Part shown: positions 47,036 through 55,953 of the stretch, piece by piece
How positions within the stretch are numbered: position 1 is the first letter of the stretch
Layout of the letters: every line of letters begins with the position of its first letter
Notes under the pieces: generated by a model
Seen by the model: the letters and a program-made list of their open reading frames with translations, nothing else
What the model was told of the DNA's origin: nothing
The model's database searches: none
IMG/VR virus record: IMGVR_UViG_3300037400_006466
Span: 108,098-172,097 of that record
From: a virus
Lineage: Duplodnaviria > Heunggongvirae > Uroviricota > Caudoviricetes
Reading direction: 5' to 3' (one strand)
Length of the DNA: 64,000 bases
Program-made: the position numbers and the translations under genes

Positions 47036-47911
47036 TCAGGAGAGCATCCTGACCTTAAACCCACCTTGGATAGTTCCAGGAATAGGGACCATCTTGTTCT
47101 GGTTAATTACGATTTCCTTTGACTTCTCATTCTTCAGGAGTTCCCTAATCTCATTGAGAACTCTTTCTGGAGTAAGGATATAATTCTTCACATCCTCACG
47201 GAAATGGGTCTGACTCACCTCTTTGTTGTAAGCACTGATAGCACTCTTTCTCATAAGGAAATGAATTCCACCATGAGTGAGAATAGCAACACTGGAGAAA
47301 ACATTGCCAAGAAATTCAGCATAGAATTTATTATGGAAATGACTAAGTAGCATCTTGGCCAAATCTTCCCTATGGGATTCATCACCCTCGATATCACAAT
47401 CAATATCAATCCACTCATCCCTTCCGTTCTTGGGATTCTGGAAAGCCTTAAGAACACCTTCTGTACATGACTTGTACTGCCTGAGGAGATTAGCCCTCTT
47501 TTCAGTATTTCCAAATTCAAGAAGGGTCATGGTATCAGCATCCCATCCGGCCATAGTTTCCTTGAATTCCTTGATGGCTTTGACTACACTTGTGTGATTC
47601 ACATTCATGTACATGACAAAACACTTCTTGGGAATGTAGTTGTCATTGGAATCAAGGACGAATTCAGCCATGGCATCAGCCTGCCTGATTTTGCTGAGGA
47701 ACTTCGGCCAGTTGTAATCCTTGAGAACTGTCTTACAGAGCATGACGGTATCACCCATCTTTATCCTATACTTCTCTTCTGCATTAAGATATTTCCTTCT
47801 TGAAGCAAGACAGAAGAAATCAACATCGGATAAGTCTCTTTCAGTATTTACTATGTCATAGAACTTTTTGAGTTCTTCTTCTGACCAAATAAGACTCTCA
47901 GCCATAATCAT
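47036..47911 (-). CDS. Putative archaeo-eukaryotic primase (AEP) superfamily protein (291 aa)
   Basis: WIDIDCD (hhDhD), THGGIH (motif II-like), MVPIPGT (motif III-like). Confidence 0.45.
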   Translation of the reverse strand: MIMAESLIWSEEELKKFYDIVNTERDLSDVDFFCLASRRKYLNAEEKYRIKMGDTVMLCKTVLKDYNWPKFLSKIRQADAMAEFVLDSNDNYIPKKCFVMYMNVNHTSVVKAIKEFKETMAGWDADTMTLLEFGNTEKRANLLRQYKSCTEGVLKAFQNPKNGRDEWIDIDCDIEGDESHREDLAKMLLSHFHNKFYAEFLGNVFSSVAILTHGGIHFLMRKSAISAYNKEVSQTHFREDVKNYILTPERVLNEIRELLKNEKSKEIVINQNKMVPIPGTIQGGFKVRMLS

Positions 47912-48978
47912 ACCTCATAGAACGGACAGGTTCTGCAGTGACATTCATTCTTGTCACACGATTTGAGCAGGAGTTCCTGAGTGAGAAGGGTCTTGGGATT
48001 TCTCCAAATCTTCTCAAGGAACTCCTCAGTGGAATTACATTCAAGGACATTCAGTCCTGTAGTCCAGTCAACTGGGGTATCACATCCCTCAGCGAATGAA
48101 CATGGGAAATACTCTCCCTTGACATTGATATATGAGCTCTGTAATCCAGCGGCCTCACAATCAAGGACATTGCCTTGAATATACTGACCGAATGACCTCA
48201 GTGCCTTCAAGGAGTTACATGAATCAAATCCGATTCCGATATTGTGCTCCTTGGCGAAATTACAGAGAACATCAAATCTGTCCTGTGGAAGGACATGGAA
48301 TCCCACACCCCTACCCTTTGTCTTGAGTCCGAGAAGGACGATGGCATTGAGCTTGGAGAGTCTTGGGTCAGTTACAATGTCATTGAGGGTCTCAAGACAT
48401 CTGTCATATGTCTCCATGGAAATCATGTAGTGCATATTGACCTGCTCCATACCTCTGTCTGTCAGTCTCTTGACTGTATCATAACAGGCATCCTTGTCCT
48501 CATATCTTGATACGGCAACTGCACCACAATACTTGGCGAGCTTATCAGCGGTATCATCATCACAATATCCGAGAGTGATATTGGGAATCACAAGATTCTC
48601 CCTTGCATATTCCATCATTTTCCAAAGGTCAGGATTGGCTGTGAGGTCATAGTCTGCTCCGAAAGCCACCTGTGTGAGTCCCTTACTCTGAACATCAAGA
48701 ATCCTCTTGAAGGTCTCAAAGGACATATTCACACCATTCCTTGTGTTGGACTTATAACAGAAAGGACACCCATGCTTACAGATGGTGGTGATTTCAAGGT
48801 CAAGAATATTGTTTATCGGACTGATAACAGGATCATCCTCAAGGGTTCTTCCCCACGATACCATACATCCGTCTTTCATGTTGAAGATATAGTTATAGTC
48901 CTTGCTCTTGAAGAGCTTGTTGTTTCCGTCTATGGCCACCTCGTAGCCGAATCTGTCAGATTTCTCAATCAACCGCAT
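47908..48978 (-). CDS. Radical SAM enzyme 2 with SPASM/twitch-like C-terminus (356 aa)
   Basis: CKHGCPFC; C-terminal CEAAG...YINVKGEYFPCSF...C...CHCRTCPFY. Confidence 0.9.
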   Translation of the reverse strand: MRLIEKSDRFGYEVAIDGNNKLFKSKDYNYIFNMKDGCMVSWGRTLEDDPVISPINNILDLEITTICKHGCPFCYKSNTRNGVNMSFETFKRILDVQSKGLTQVAFGADYDLTANPDLWKMMEYARENLVIPNITLGYCDDDTADKLAKYCGAVAVSRYEDKDACYDTVKRLTDRGMEQVNMHYMISMETYDRCLETLNDIVTDPRLSKLNAIVLLGLKTKGRGVGFHVLPQDRFDVLCNFAKEHNIGIGFDSCNSLKALRSFGQYIQGNVLDCEAAGLQSSYINVKGEYFPCSFAEGCDTPVDWTTGLNVLECNSTEEFLEKIWRNPKTLLTQELLLKSCDKNECHCRTCPFYEV

Positions 48979-49022
48979 ATGTGCATTACCTCTTGTATCT
49001 AATATAATGCCTGATTTCAGGA

Positions 49023-49373
49023 TTAAAGGAGCTCGTCTCCCATTGCCTTATCCTGTCCATAAGCATCATTCATCAGCTTATACTGCCAATCCTCATAGTC
49101 AGTCTCCTCCTGGAGAAGGACATCAAGGATTTCAGAGACCCATTCCTCAATGGTCATGTCCTTGAAGGAATTCACAAGAATGTGATTGTAATAGAGGGAT
49201 GAGATTCTGTCTCCCCATACATCACCTTCCTCATTGTCACTGGAAAGATAGAAGTATCCGTTATCTGAATCCTTCATGAGCATCAGGTGCTCAAGGGTAG
49301 GGTCAATTCTCATAAGCTCATTTTTAAGTGCCTTGTTCTTGATTTCTCTGACCATAATCTGACTCCTTCTCAA
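49023..49373 (-). CDS. Hypothetical protein (116 aa)
   Basis: ATGA-coupled ORF. Confidence 0.55.
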   Translation of the reverse strand: MRRSQIMVREIKNKALKNELMRIDPTLEHLMLMKDSDNGYFYLSSDNEEGDVWGDRISSLYYNHILVNSFKDMTIEEWVSEILDVLLQEETDYEDWQYKLMNDAYGQDKAMGDELL

Positions 49374-49552
49374 TAGACCATTGTGGCCTTTTTGGTCTTT
49401 CTGTTCAGAACCTCATGGGAGTATCCCTGAGGTCCATATACCGCCTGGAGCTTCTGTGCATACTCCATAGCATCTCTCTTGGTTGCCCAAGTGGTGAAAA
49501 AGCTAACTCTCTGTCCTTTGGGGTCTGTAACTCTGATTGTCCAATCTCTCAT
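49370..49552 (-). CDS. Hypothetical early protein (60 aa)
   Basis: TTGACA-17-TACATT promoter (about 49575-49603) and ATGTAAGGAGA leader. Confidence 0.6.
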   Translation of the reverse strand: MRDWTIRVTDPKGQRVSFFTTWATKRDAMEYAQKLQAVYGPQGYSHEVLNRKTKKATMVY

Positions 49553-49599
49553 ATCTCTTTCTCCTTACATATATAATGTAACATATTTCAGGAATTTTG

Positions 49600-49884
49600 T
49601 CAATAGGGAATATCATAGGAATTGTATCTTCCTCTGAACTCATCAATCAGGTATATATCCTTCTCTCTGTCAAGAATAACATACTCAGCATCATAGAAAT
49701 CATACTTTCTGCAATCTGAGGAATCATAGACAGACCTTGCTCCGTTGGTGTAATCAACAATAGCAACCTCATCACCTGTAATTACCTTAATGGTAACTCT
49801 TTTGATATTGGGGTCATGGAGATTGACACCAGTATGTGTCACATGATTATCATAATCAACCAAATTAAGCATTATCTTCTTCAT
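49600..49884 (-). CDS. Hypothetical protein (94 aa)
   Basis: ORF; its TGA stop overlaps the next promoter's TTGACA. Confidence 0.6.
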   Translation of the reverse strand: MKKIMLNLVDYDNHVTHTGVNLHDPNIKRVTIKVITGDEVAIVDYTNGARSVYDSSDCRKYDFYDAEYVILDREKDIYLIDEFRGRYNSYDIPY

Positions 49885-49889
49885 AGTTA

Positions 49890-50243
49890 TTAAGCCCTCT
49901 CTCTATAAACTTCCTCTAATTTGACATCCTCATACTTAAGACCATTCTCCTTACAGTACCGATACTGGGCACTCCATGCATCACTTTCATTCATGTAGCT
50001 ACCCACTTTGTACTTTGAGTAGAAAGGAATCTCAAACTCCTCTCTGGTCTTGACATTGTAGAAGATACCGACATATCTTTTCTCAGCTTTTTTCTCTGAA
50101 TCCTCGATTGCGATGGCCAGAGACTTCAAGGCATTTCTGATTTCCTTACCATTTGTATCCCACTCTCCGAACTTCTCGCCTTTAGCGAACTCCAGAAGTG
50201 ATGCCCTAATGTTCTTCAGTTCCTGAATCTTCTCTTCTCTCAT
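49890..50243 (-). CDS. Hypothetical early protein (117 aa)
   Basis: Start reassigned to ATG 50243; TTGACA-17-TATCAT promoter (about 50268-50296). Confidence 0.6.
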   Translation of the reverse strand: MREEKIQELKNIRASLLEFAKGEKFGEWDTNGKEIRNALKSLAIAIEDSEKKAEKRYVGIFYNVKTREEFEIPFYSKYKVGSYMNESDAWSAQYRYCKENGLKYEDVKLEEVYRERA

Positions 50244-50310
50244 GTTCTTTTCCTCTCTTACAATATTATGATATAATATATTGGAGCATTTGTCAATAGG
50301 GCAAAAAAAA

Positions 50311-50345
50311 ATCTTCGCAATCATTGCGAAGATCATTGCGAAGAT
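50311..50345 (-). terminator. Terminator with a 12-bp duplicated arm
   Basis: ATCTTCGCAAT + CATTGCGAAGAT x2, preceded by an A-tract on the + strand. Confidence 0.7.
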
Positions 50346-50366
50346 GATTTCTAAGATGAATTGTAA

Positions 50367-50681
50367 TTATAGTTGGTGCTTGCCGTTAGGTGAGAACAGA
50401 CACCCATATCCGCCTGATTTGTCAATCACCTTTCCGCACCAAACACAATGGAGCTTTCCGTCCTTTGAAGACTTTCCATGACCGTGCTTATGGAGTTTCT
50501 TGGGGTTGTCCTTGGGATTGGCAAAAAGACATCCATATCCGTAGTTTGTGCTTCCACAATAGATGCAGTGGTCTGCATCCCCTACTTCCTCATGCATACC
50601 TGTGGGAGAGTACAGACATCCATATCCGTGGACACCTGTCTTTCCACAGTATCTGCAATCATCAAGTCTCTCACTCATCAA
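50367..50681 (-). CDS. Triple CCCH-type metal-binding repeat protein (104 aa)
   Basis: Three CxxCG...GYGCL...H units. Confidence 0.7.
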   Translation of the reverse strand: MMSERLDDCRYCGKTGVHGYGCLYSPTGMHEEVGDADHCIYCGSTNYGYGCLFANPKDNPKKLHKHGHGKSSKDGKLHCVWCGKVIDKSGGYGCLFSPNGKHQL

Positions 50682-51432
50682 GCATCTCCAAGGCCATCCT
50701 GGATTCCTCCAGTGTCATGCCTGTTCCTTTGGATATGGCCTCTACTATCACTGACTCCTCTTTCTCCTTGAGGATGTCCCTTATCAGTGTGACCTTCTCT
50801 GTGATACCCAGCTTTCCTGCCAACTTTCCCATTATGGAGTCAAGGCCTTCGCTGTCCTCATCAGATATGTCTATATCTGAATCTCCCAGGAGTTTCTTTA
50901 TTATTCCGGCTTTCTTGGCCTTCGCCTTCTCCTCAGGGTCATCAGAATCTGATGCCTCAGATTCCACATCAGCATCCTTCAGCTCTACATTTCCCATTAT
51001 GGTGTCAAGGGCATCATCATTGACATCATCAAGACTTCCTTCATCAGCGTTTATGGAATCCTCAACGGCTCTTGCCTTGAGTTTCCTTGCATTCTCCTGA
51101 TTCTCGGACTCATTGTCCTCTGTATCAAAGATTCCGCCTTCGGTGAGCCTTGACCTCAGCAGAGACTCCACATATCTCATGAAAGTGGTGCCCTCTGACC
51201 TCAGTGACTCCTGGAGCATAGGGTATGTGATACCGAACTTGGGCTTGAGGACTTCCTCAACGAAATCATTCATATAGGAGGGTGTGTTGTAAAGAGCTGA
51301 ATATCTGTCAGCCCAAACATCAAGGGACTCCCTGAGAGTTGACCCAGGGTTCCTCCTGTGGAACTCCTCAAGCTTCTCTTTGAAATGGTCTGATATTTCC
51401 TTTTCCAAAGTCTCTATATATTCCATCTTCAT
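50671..51432 (-). CDS. Acidic protein, probable head/internal protein (253 aa)
   Basis: ACTAATTA upstream (51456-51463); LRES, LQES, LTEG, ITEK, LEES sites. Confidence 0.5.
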   Translation of the reverse strand: MKMEYIETLEKEISDHFKEKLEEFHRRNPGSTLRESLDVWADRYSALYNTPSYMNDFVEEVLKPKFGITYPMLQESLRSEGTTFMRYVESLLRSRLTEGGIFDTEDNESENQENARKLKARAVEDSINADEGSLDDVNDDALDTIMGNVELKDADVESEASDSDDPEEKAKAKKAGIIKKLLGDSDIDISDEDSEGLDSIMGKLAGKLGITEKVTLIRDILKEKEESVIVEAISKGTGMTLEESRMALEMLDE

Positions 51433-51454
51433 TAGCCTATTTCAGTTAGGATAA

Positions 51455-52105
51455 TTAATTAGTGGAAGATGTCCATTCACTGTCACAGATGGGGTTTTTG
51501 TCAGCATCATAGAGCTTCACTTTGACAGTTTCCACACCCTCGATTGAGAAAGGCGCCTTGTATATCTTGGATGACGCATTGACTTCCCTTCCGTTTGTGG
51601 TGTACTTCAGAGTCCCTTCTGCATCAGCGGTGATTGTCATTGTGCCATCTTCAACCTGGAATGAAATATGAGGTTCCTGGGAGCTTTCGGTTTCAATGGG
51701 TTCATTTACCTTATCATCTGCAAAGTTGTCCTGTGACTCATGGTTGACTTCTGTAGGGGTCTCAGTGACTTCCTCTGCGGCAGCTTCCTCTGCGGCAGGA
51801 GTCTCCTCCAGAGTCTTGGCAAGGTTCTCCACATAGGTGCTTTCCGCCACATTGGTCTGAGGGGTCTTGTCCTCAGGCTTTCTGTTGAGCTTCTCCACAA
51901 GTTCCTCTATGTAATCCATGGCCTCATCTGCGGTATGGCATTTTCCTGATACATAGAGCTCAGGTCTGGACGTCCTTTCCCTTGGGTCATAGTTGCTGAT
52001 ATATCCTACGTATCTTCCGTCTCTTGTGACCTGGAAATTGATTGGCTTTCCCTTGGCGTGGGCATAAGCGGTATATTCATTGTTAGAGTTCTGTCTCCAG
52101 TCCAT
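51455..52105 (-). CDS. Protein with C-terminal FN3-associated/CHB_HEX_C-like Ig domain (216 aa)
   Basis: TITADAEGTLKYTTNG...SKIYKAPFSI...VKVKLY. Confidence 0.55.
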   Translation of the reverse strand: MDWRQNSNNEYTAYAHAKGKPINFQVTRDGRYVGYISNYDPRERTSRPELYVSGKCHTADEAMDYIEELVEKLNRKPEDKTPQTNVAESTYVENLAKTLEETPAAEEAAAEEVTETPTEVNHESQDNFADDKVNEPIETESSQEPHISFQVEDGTMTITADAEGTLKYTTNGREVNASSKIYKAPFSIEGVETVKVKLYDADKNPICDSEWTSSTN

Positions 52106-52164
52106 GGCTGTCTCTCCTATATGTATATAATATAAAGTTAAAGTTTAGTGATATACAAAAAAAA

Positions 52165-52183
52165 TCCCCTCATAAAGAGGGGA
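52165..52183 (-). terminator. Intrinsic terminator
   Basis: TCCCCTC-ATAAA-GAGGGGA with A-tract. Confidence 0.75.
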
Positions 52184-52211
52184 CTTCTTTCTTAAAGTGA
52201 GAATCCTTTAA

Positions 52212-53345
52212 TTACTCCCAAGGATTCTCATTAAATGAAACTACTGGGACAATAACTTCAGGATGCTCGCTCCATGTCATCGGAGGCATTTCGGGAGCTG
52301 AGGTGACCACAACTCCTTGGTAACTTCCTGCAACAGCAGGGAGAGCAATTATTCCGCTCATCTTCTGACCAGCTGTCGGGGAACTTGTATTGCTGTCGTA
52401 AACTCCGGTTCTACTCCCATAATTGTATGCAATAGCATAGTGATATTGATGGAGTTCCTGAGTTCCATAATCTATAAAGGATATATATATATCAACAGCT
52501 CCTCCGTCTCCACCAGAGCTTCCATCACAACCTGCAAGCACGAGAACATCACCTTCTCCAGGTTGCTGTGTAATGTCGCTCATAGTCGAGAAAAGAATAT
52601 ACATATTCTTTGATGAAGAGCCCCAAGTTTCAAGCCCCTTTCTTACAACCTCAGCCAATTCCTCATCAGAAGCATCAGCATTGATGAAAAGTTGTGTTAA
52701 GACTCCTGTTTGATTTATTACCTTAGCGCCAGGTTCAGGTTCTGGTTCGGGCTCAACAAAGAGTGCATTGATATCCTCTGCGGTCATAGAGTCCACTTCC
52801 TTGACGAAATTGAGGTCTGTCTCGCTTTTGGTATAATATCCCTGCTGAAGCTCAGCTTTTGTGACATATGAGCTGAGGTCTATTGTCGCACCAAGCTGTT
52901 CCCAATGGGCATCTACTGCGGGCTTGTAACCTTCCTGTCCTTCCTCACCTTCAGCGGGAATTGCAGGAACCCATACGTACTCTGAGTTGTCTGATTCTAT
53001 GATCCATACATCACCGTCTTCAGCGGCAAGATTGTCAAGAGCAGCTCTTGTAGGCTTTACACCCTTGAACTTCAGGACTGTCACTCCAGCTGGAAGTGAA
53101 CCTCCTCCTGTGACTGTGAGGACTATCTCACTGTCACCTGCTCCCCATGTTCCTATGACATTGTTGCTTCCATCCTTGAAGACTATGCTATGGTCAAGCT
53201 GACCTGCTGTCTCAGCATAGTGGACGGGGAACTTCTCATTGGCGTTGCTTGTGTTGGTCTTATATGCAGTCTTTATCTTCTCAAGGAAGATTGACAGACT
53301 CTCAAGACTTACATACTGTTTAGGGGTTGTTCCATTATTAGGCAT
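52212..53345 (-). CDS. Fibre/decoration-like virion protein (377 aa)
   Basis: KQYVSLESLSIFLEKIK head; FKGV...GDVWII...EYVW...WEQLG..IDLSSYVTK; MTAEDINALF. Confidence 0.55.
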   Translation of the reverse strand: MPNNGTTPKQYVSLESLSIFLEKIKTAYKTNTSNANEKFPVHYAETAGQLDHSIVFKDGSNNVIGTWGAGDSEIVLTVTGGGSLPAGVTVLKFKGVKPTRAALDNLAAEDGDVWIIESDNSEYVWVPAIPAEGEEGQEGYKPAVDAHWEQLGATIDLSSYVTKAELQQGYYTKSETDLNFVKEVDSMTAEDINALFVEPEPEPEPGAKVINQTGVLTQLFINADASDEELAEVVRKGLETWGSSSKNMYILFSTMSDITQQPGEGDVLVLAGCDGSSGGDGGAVDIYISFIDYGTQELHQYHYAIAYNYGSRTGVYDSNTSSPTAGQKMSGIIALPAVAGSYQGVVVTSAPEMPPMTWSEHPEVIVPVVSFNENPWE

Positions 53346-53367
53346 ATCTGTTTCCTCCTTATGTCAA

Positions 53368-53709
53368 TTACCAGTCAAGGCTGTCGATGTCACTCTCTGT
53401 GAGAGCAGAGTGCTCATTGATGATGACATACTTTGTTCCATCCCAGAAGTAATCATATCCTGTATCTTCAGCAATATACCCCACACCTTTGATTCCAGTT
53501 GCAGGGAAGGATTCTCTGGTTGAGAATGACCTTATGTCATTGGATTCACCTTTGGATACAGCATCTTCTATTTTTGTATCTATCTTGTCATCGACAACTG
53601 TTCCTACCTGTTCCTCTATAATTGCAGGAGCTATCTCCTGAACTGCTTGTTTGACTTCAGATGCCGAGGCACTTGGAATCATTCCATAACCCATTGTAAA
53701 ATATGACAT
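53368..53709 (-). CDS. Small fibre-associated virion protein (113 aa)
   Basis: FPATGIKGVGYIAEDTGYDYFWDGTKYVII; ACTAATTA upstream (53742-53749). Confidence 0.55.
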   Translation of the reverse strand: MSYFTMGYGMIPSASASEVKQAVQEIAPAIIEEQVGTVVDDKIDTKIEDAVSKGESNDIRSFSTRESFPATGIKGVGYIAEDTGYDYFWDGTKYVIINEHSALTESDIDSLDW

Positions 53710-53740
53710 AAATTATAACTCCTATATTTATTTTCTATCG

Positions 53741-54232
53741 TTAATTAGTAGTTTCAGCTTCCACTACTACAGGTTCAGATTGATTGCCTTGGCTTATTCT
53801 GGCCATCACTGAGCTCAGGTAGCTTACTGCCTGCAACATATCCTTGTCAGCTGTCTGATACAGATTCTTGGCTGCGTTGTCAATAGGTGCTTCTCTCAGA
53901 TGCTCAAAGGTGGTCTTGCCACCTGCATCTCCCACCATGAGAGGAATGAGGGTCTCCACACCCTTGTTGTTGCTCTTTGTGACCTGCTCATTGAGTTGCA
54001 GAAGCTGGTCTATGGTGAACTCAGAGAATCTTCCCCTTATCTGCATCTTGACCAAATCAGCGAACTGGGAATCCCTTTCAATCCTCTCAATACGGGATGT
54101 TATGAAAGATGTAAGGGCACCCTCCACCTCTTTGGCAGGGTCTGTAATCTGTGAATTCTGTACGGTAAGACTGGACTCCTTGCTGTCCAGTCTGTCCTTT
54201 ATCTGCATCAGTTCATTTAATCCGTCATTCAT
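53741..54232 (-). CDS. Hypothetical helical protein (163 aa)
   Basis: Overlaps the upstream gene by 8 nt. Confidence 0.6.
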   Translation of the reverse strand: MNDGLNELMQIKDRLDSKESSLTVQNSQITDPAKEVEGALTSFITSRIERIERDSQFADLVKMQIRGRFSEFTIDQLLQLNEQVTKSNNKGVETLIPLMVGDAGGKTTFEHLREAPIDNAAKNLYQTADKDMLQAVSYLSSVMARISQGNQSEPVVVEAETTN

Positions 54233-54641
54233 TTTTTATTCTCTTGTTTATGAGCTCTTTGAGAAAAGCTTCATATTGACTGGACCTTATGCCTTGGCGA
54301 ATGGTATTTATGTCAGGCAGACCCAGTTTCTCCTTTATCTCAGACCACTCCAGATTGAGCACGTTCCTGTAATAGTAACATAGGACAGTCAGTACTGAAT
54401 CCTTGAACTCCTCTTTTGTGGGGAACTTGACTGTCTTTCCGTCAAGGAGGGATATGAGGTCAGTGAACTTCTCAAGACCCAATAGATTATATATCTCCGT
54501 GTAGACCAGAAAATCCTGGTTCTTGGAGGCGGGCTTCATGAGGGAAAGTTTTATGAGGTCTGATATCATTTTCTCCTCATCAGTCCCCAGAGCCTCGTTT
54601 ATTTTCATCTGTAATACGTTCTTAGGTGTGGAATACATCAT
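54225..54641 (-). CDS. Putative Mor/C-family transcription regulator (138 aa)
   Basis: LLGLEKFTDLISLLDGKTVKFPT resembles Mor 'IG.E....L...FGG..IYIP'; followed by an HTH-like segment (WSEIKEKLG). Confidence 0.5.
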   Translation of the reverse strand: MMYSTPKNVLQMKINEALGTDEEKMISDLIKLSLMKPASKNQDFLVYTEIYNLLGLEKFTDLISLLDGKTVKFPTKEEFKDSVLTVLCYYYRNVLNLEWSEIKEKLGLPDINTIRQGIRSSQYEAFLKELINKRIKNE

Positions 54642-54743
54642 AATTCAAATTAACCATTTAATTTAGTGTTTTTGATGAAAATCCAAAAAAAGAAGCCCCC
54701 TATCAATGATGATAAGGGGCTGATGTAAGGAGGAAAGTATGTT

Positions 54744-55223
54744 TTACTCTTTGTCCTTGTTTGTGGTCGGGGCAGAATCAGGGACAACGGGAGAGTTCAG
54801 GTCTTCTTCCCTGTCAGGGTCATCCACAAGGTTGGCTATGAACAGGTCCATCTCATAGGCCTGGACATTGACATCCTTGATTGTGGAGACCTCCTCAGGG
54901 GTGAATTTCAGGAACTTGTGCTCTACTTCCAAGGCCATTATCTTAAGGACTTCCTCCTGGAACTCCTGGACATTCTCAGGCTTCACTGAGATTCTTGTAG
55001 GGTCGTCCTCTTTGGCCTCTCCGTAGACTTTGACAAGTCTCTGTCTTTCAACTTCAAAATATGCCTTGTCCTTGCTGAGAAGGTCAAGGTTTCTCTGTAT
55101 CTTATATCTCACATTGAACGGAATCTCATTTTCCTTGGCTGAACCGTCTTCCGTGATGAACAGCATTTTCTCCAATATCTTGGCCAGAGCCACACTGCAG
55201 GCTATGTTTATCTTATCAGACAT
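54744..55223 (-). CDS. DUF1617-like phage protein, paralog A (159 aa)
   Basis: IPFNVRYKIQRNLDLL...ERQRLVKVYGE. Confidence 0.45.
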   Translation of the reverse strand: MSDKINIACSVALAKILEKMLFITEDGSAKENEIPFNVRYKIQRNLDLLSKDKAYFEVERQRLVKVYGEAKEDDPTRISVKPENVQEFQEEVLKIMALEVEHKFLKFTPEEVSTIKDVNVQAYEMDLFIANLVDDPDREEDLNSPVVPDSAPTTNKDKE

Positions 55224-55226
55224 CTG

Positions 55227-55889
55227 TCACTCCTCTACCTTCTTGGTTCTGGGCTTTCTTGTTTTCTTGGGAGTTTCACCCTCTGTCTGCCCTTCTTTCT
55301 TGACAGTGGTTTTCCTGGTCTTTTTGGGGGCAGGTGTCTCCGCAGACTCTTCTTTCTTCACCTCTGCCTCCTGCTGAGGTTCTGTCTTTTTCTCTGCAGG
55401 TGGTGTGACGATATTAAGGTTTATCTGTGTGGAAAGGTCTTTCTGAAGCTCTGGGTCATTGGTCATATACCCGATGAACAATGCCATCGCATCAGGTGAT
55501 ATCTCAATATCAGTATCCTTAACAAGGTCAAGGTCCTCAGGCTCAATTTCCACAATATTATGGGATACAGGGATGTCAAGCATCTTTGTTATCTCCTGCC
55601 TGAATAGCTCCTGTTTCTGGGGGTCATTGATTGTGACATTATCTCCTTCAGGTGTGGCCTCACCGTATTTGGCAAGGGCAAACAGCCTCTGTTTCTGGAA
55701 CTCCCTTGAATCCTTCTCAAAGAGAAGTCTGTTCTTGTTCAGTCTGTATCTGAGTCTGAAAGGAAGCTCTCTGTCGGCATAGTATTCTTTTCCGTCAGGT
55801 CCTTTCTTCTTTGTGTAAAGCAATAGGTTGGTCACATCCCCCAGAATAAGGGATACACCTAAAGTGATGTTTATCTGCTCTGTGTTCAT
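55227..55889 (-). CDS. DUF1617-like phage protein, paralog B with Lys-rich tail (220 aa)
   Basis: LPFRLRYRLNKNRLLF...QRLFALAKYGE; KKTRK repeats at the C-terminus. Confidence 0.45.
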   Translation of the reverse strand: MNTEQINITLGVSLILGDVTNLLLYTKKKGPDGKEYYADRELPFRLRYRLNKNRLLFEKDSREFQKQRLFALAKYGEATPEGDNVTINDPQKQELFRQEITKMLDIPVSHNIVEIEPEDLDLVKDTDIEISPDAMALFIGYMTNDPELQKDLSTQINLNIVTPPAEKKTEPQQEAEVKKEESAETPAPKKTRKTTVKKEGQTEGETPKKTRKPRTKKVEE

Positions 55890-55953
55890 TTTGTGCAGTT
55901 TCTCCTATTCAATTATATTATAAATCATTTATGTCAGTTTAAGCAGAAATCAT

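Noticed and set aside
49011-49020. CTGATTTCAG quasi-palindrome as an operator for middle promoters
   Set aside because: Only loose partial copies near other promoters, at inconsistent spacing.
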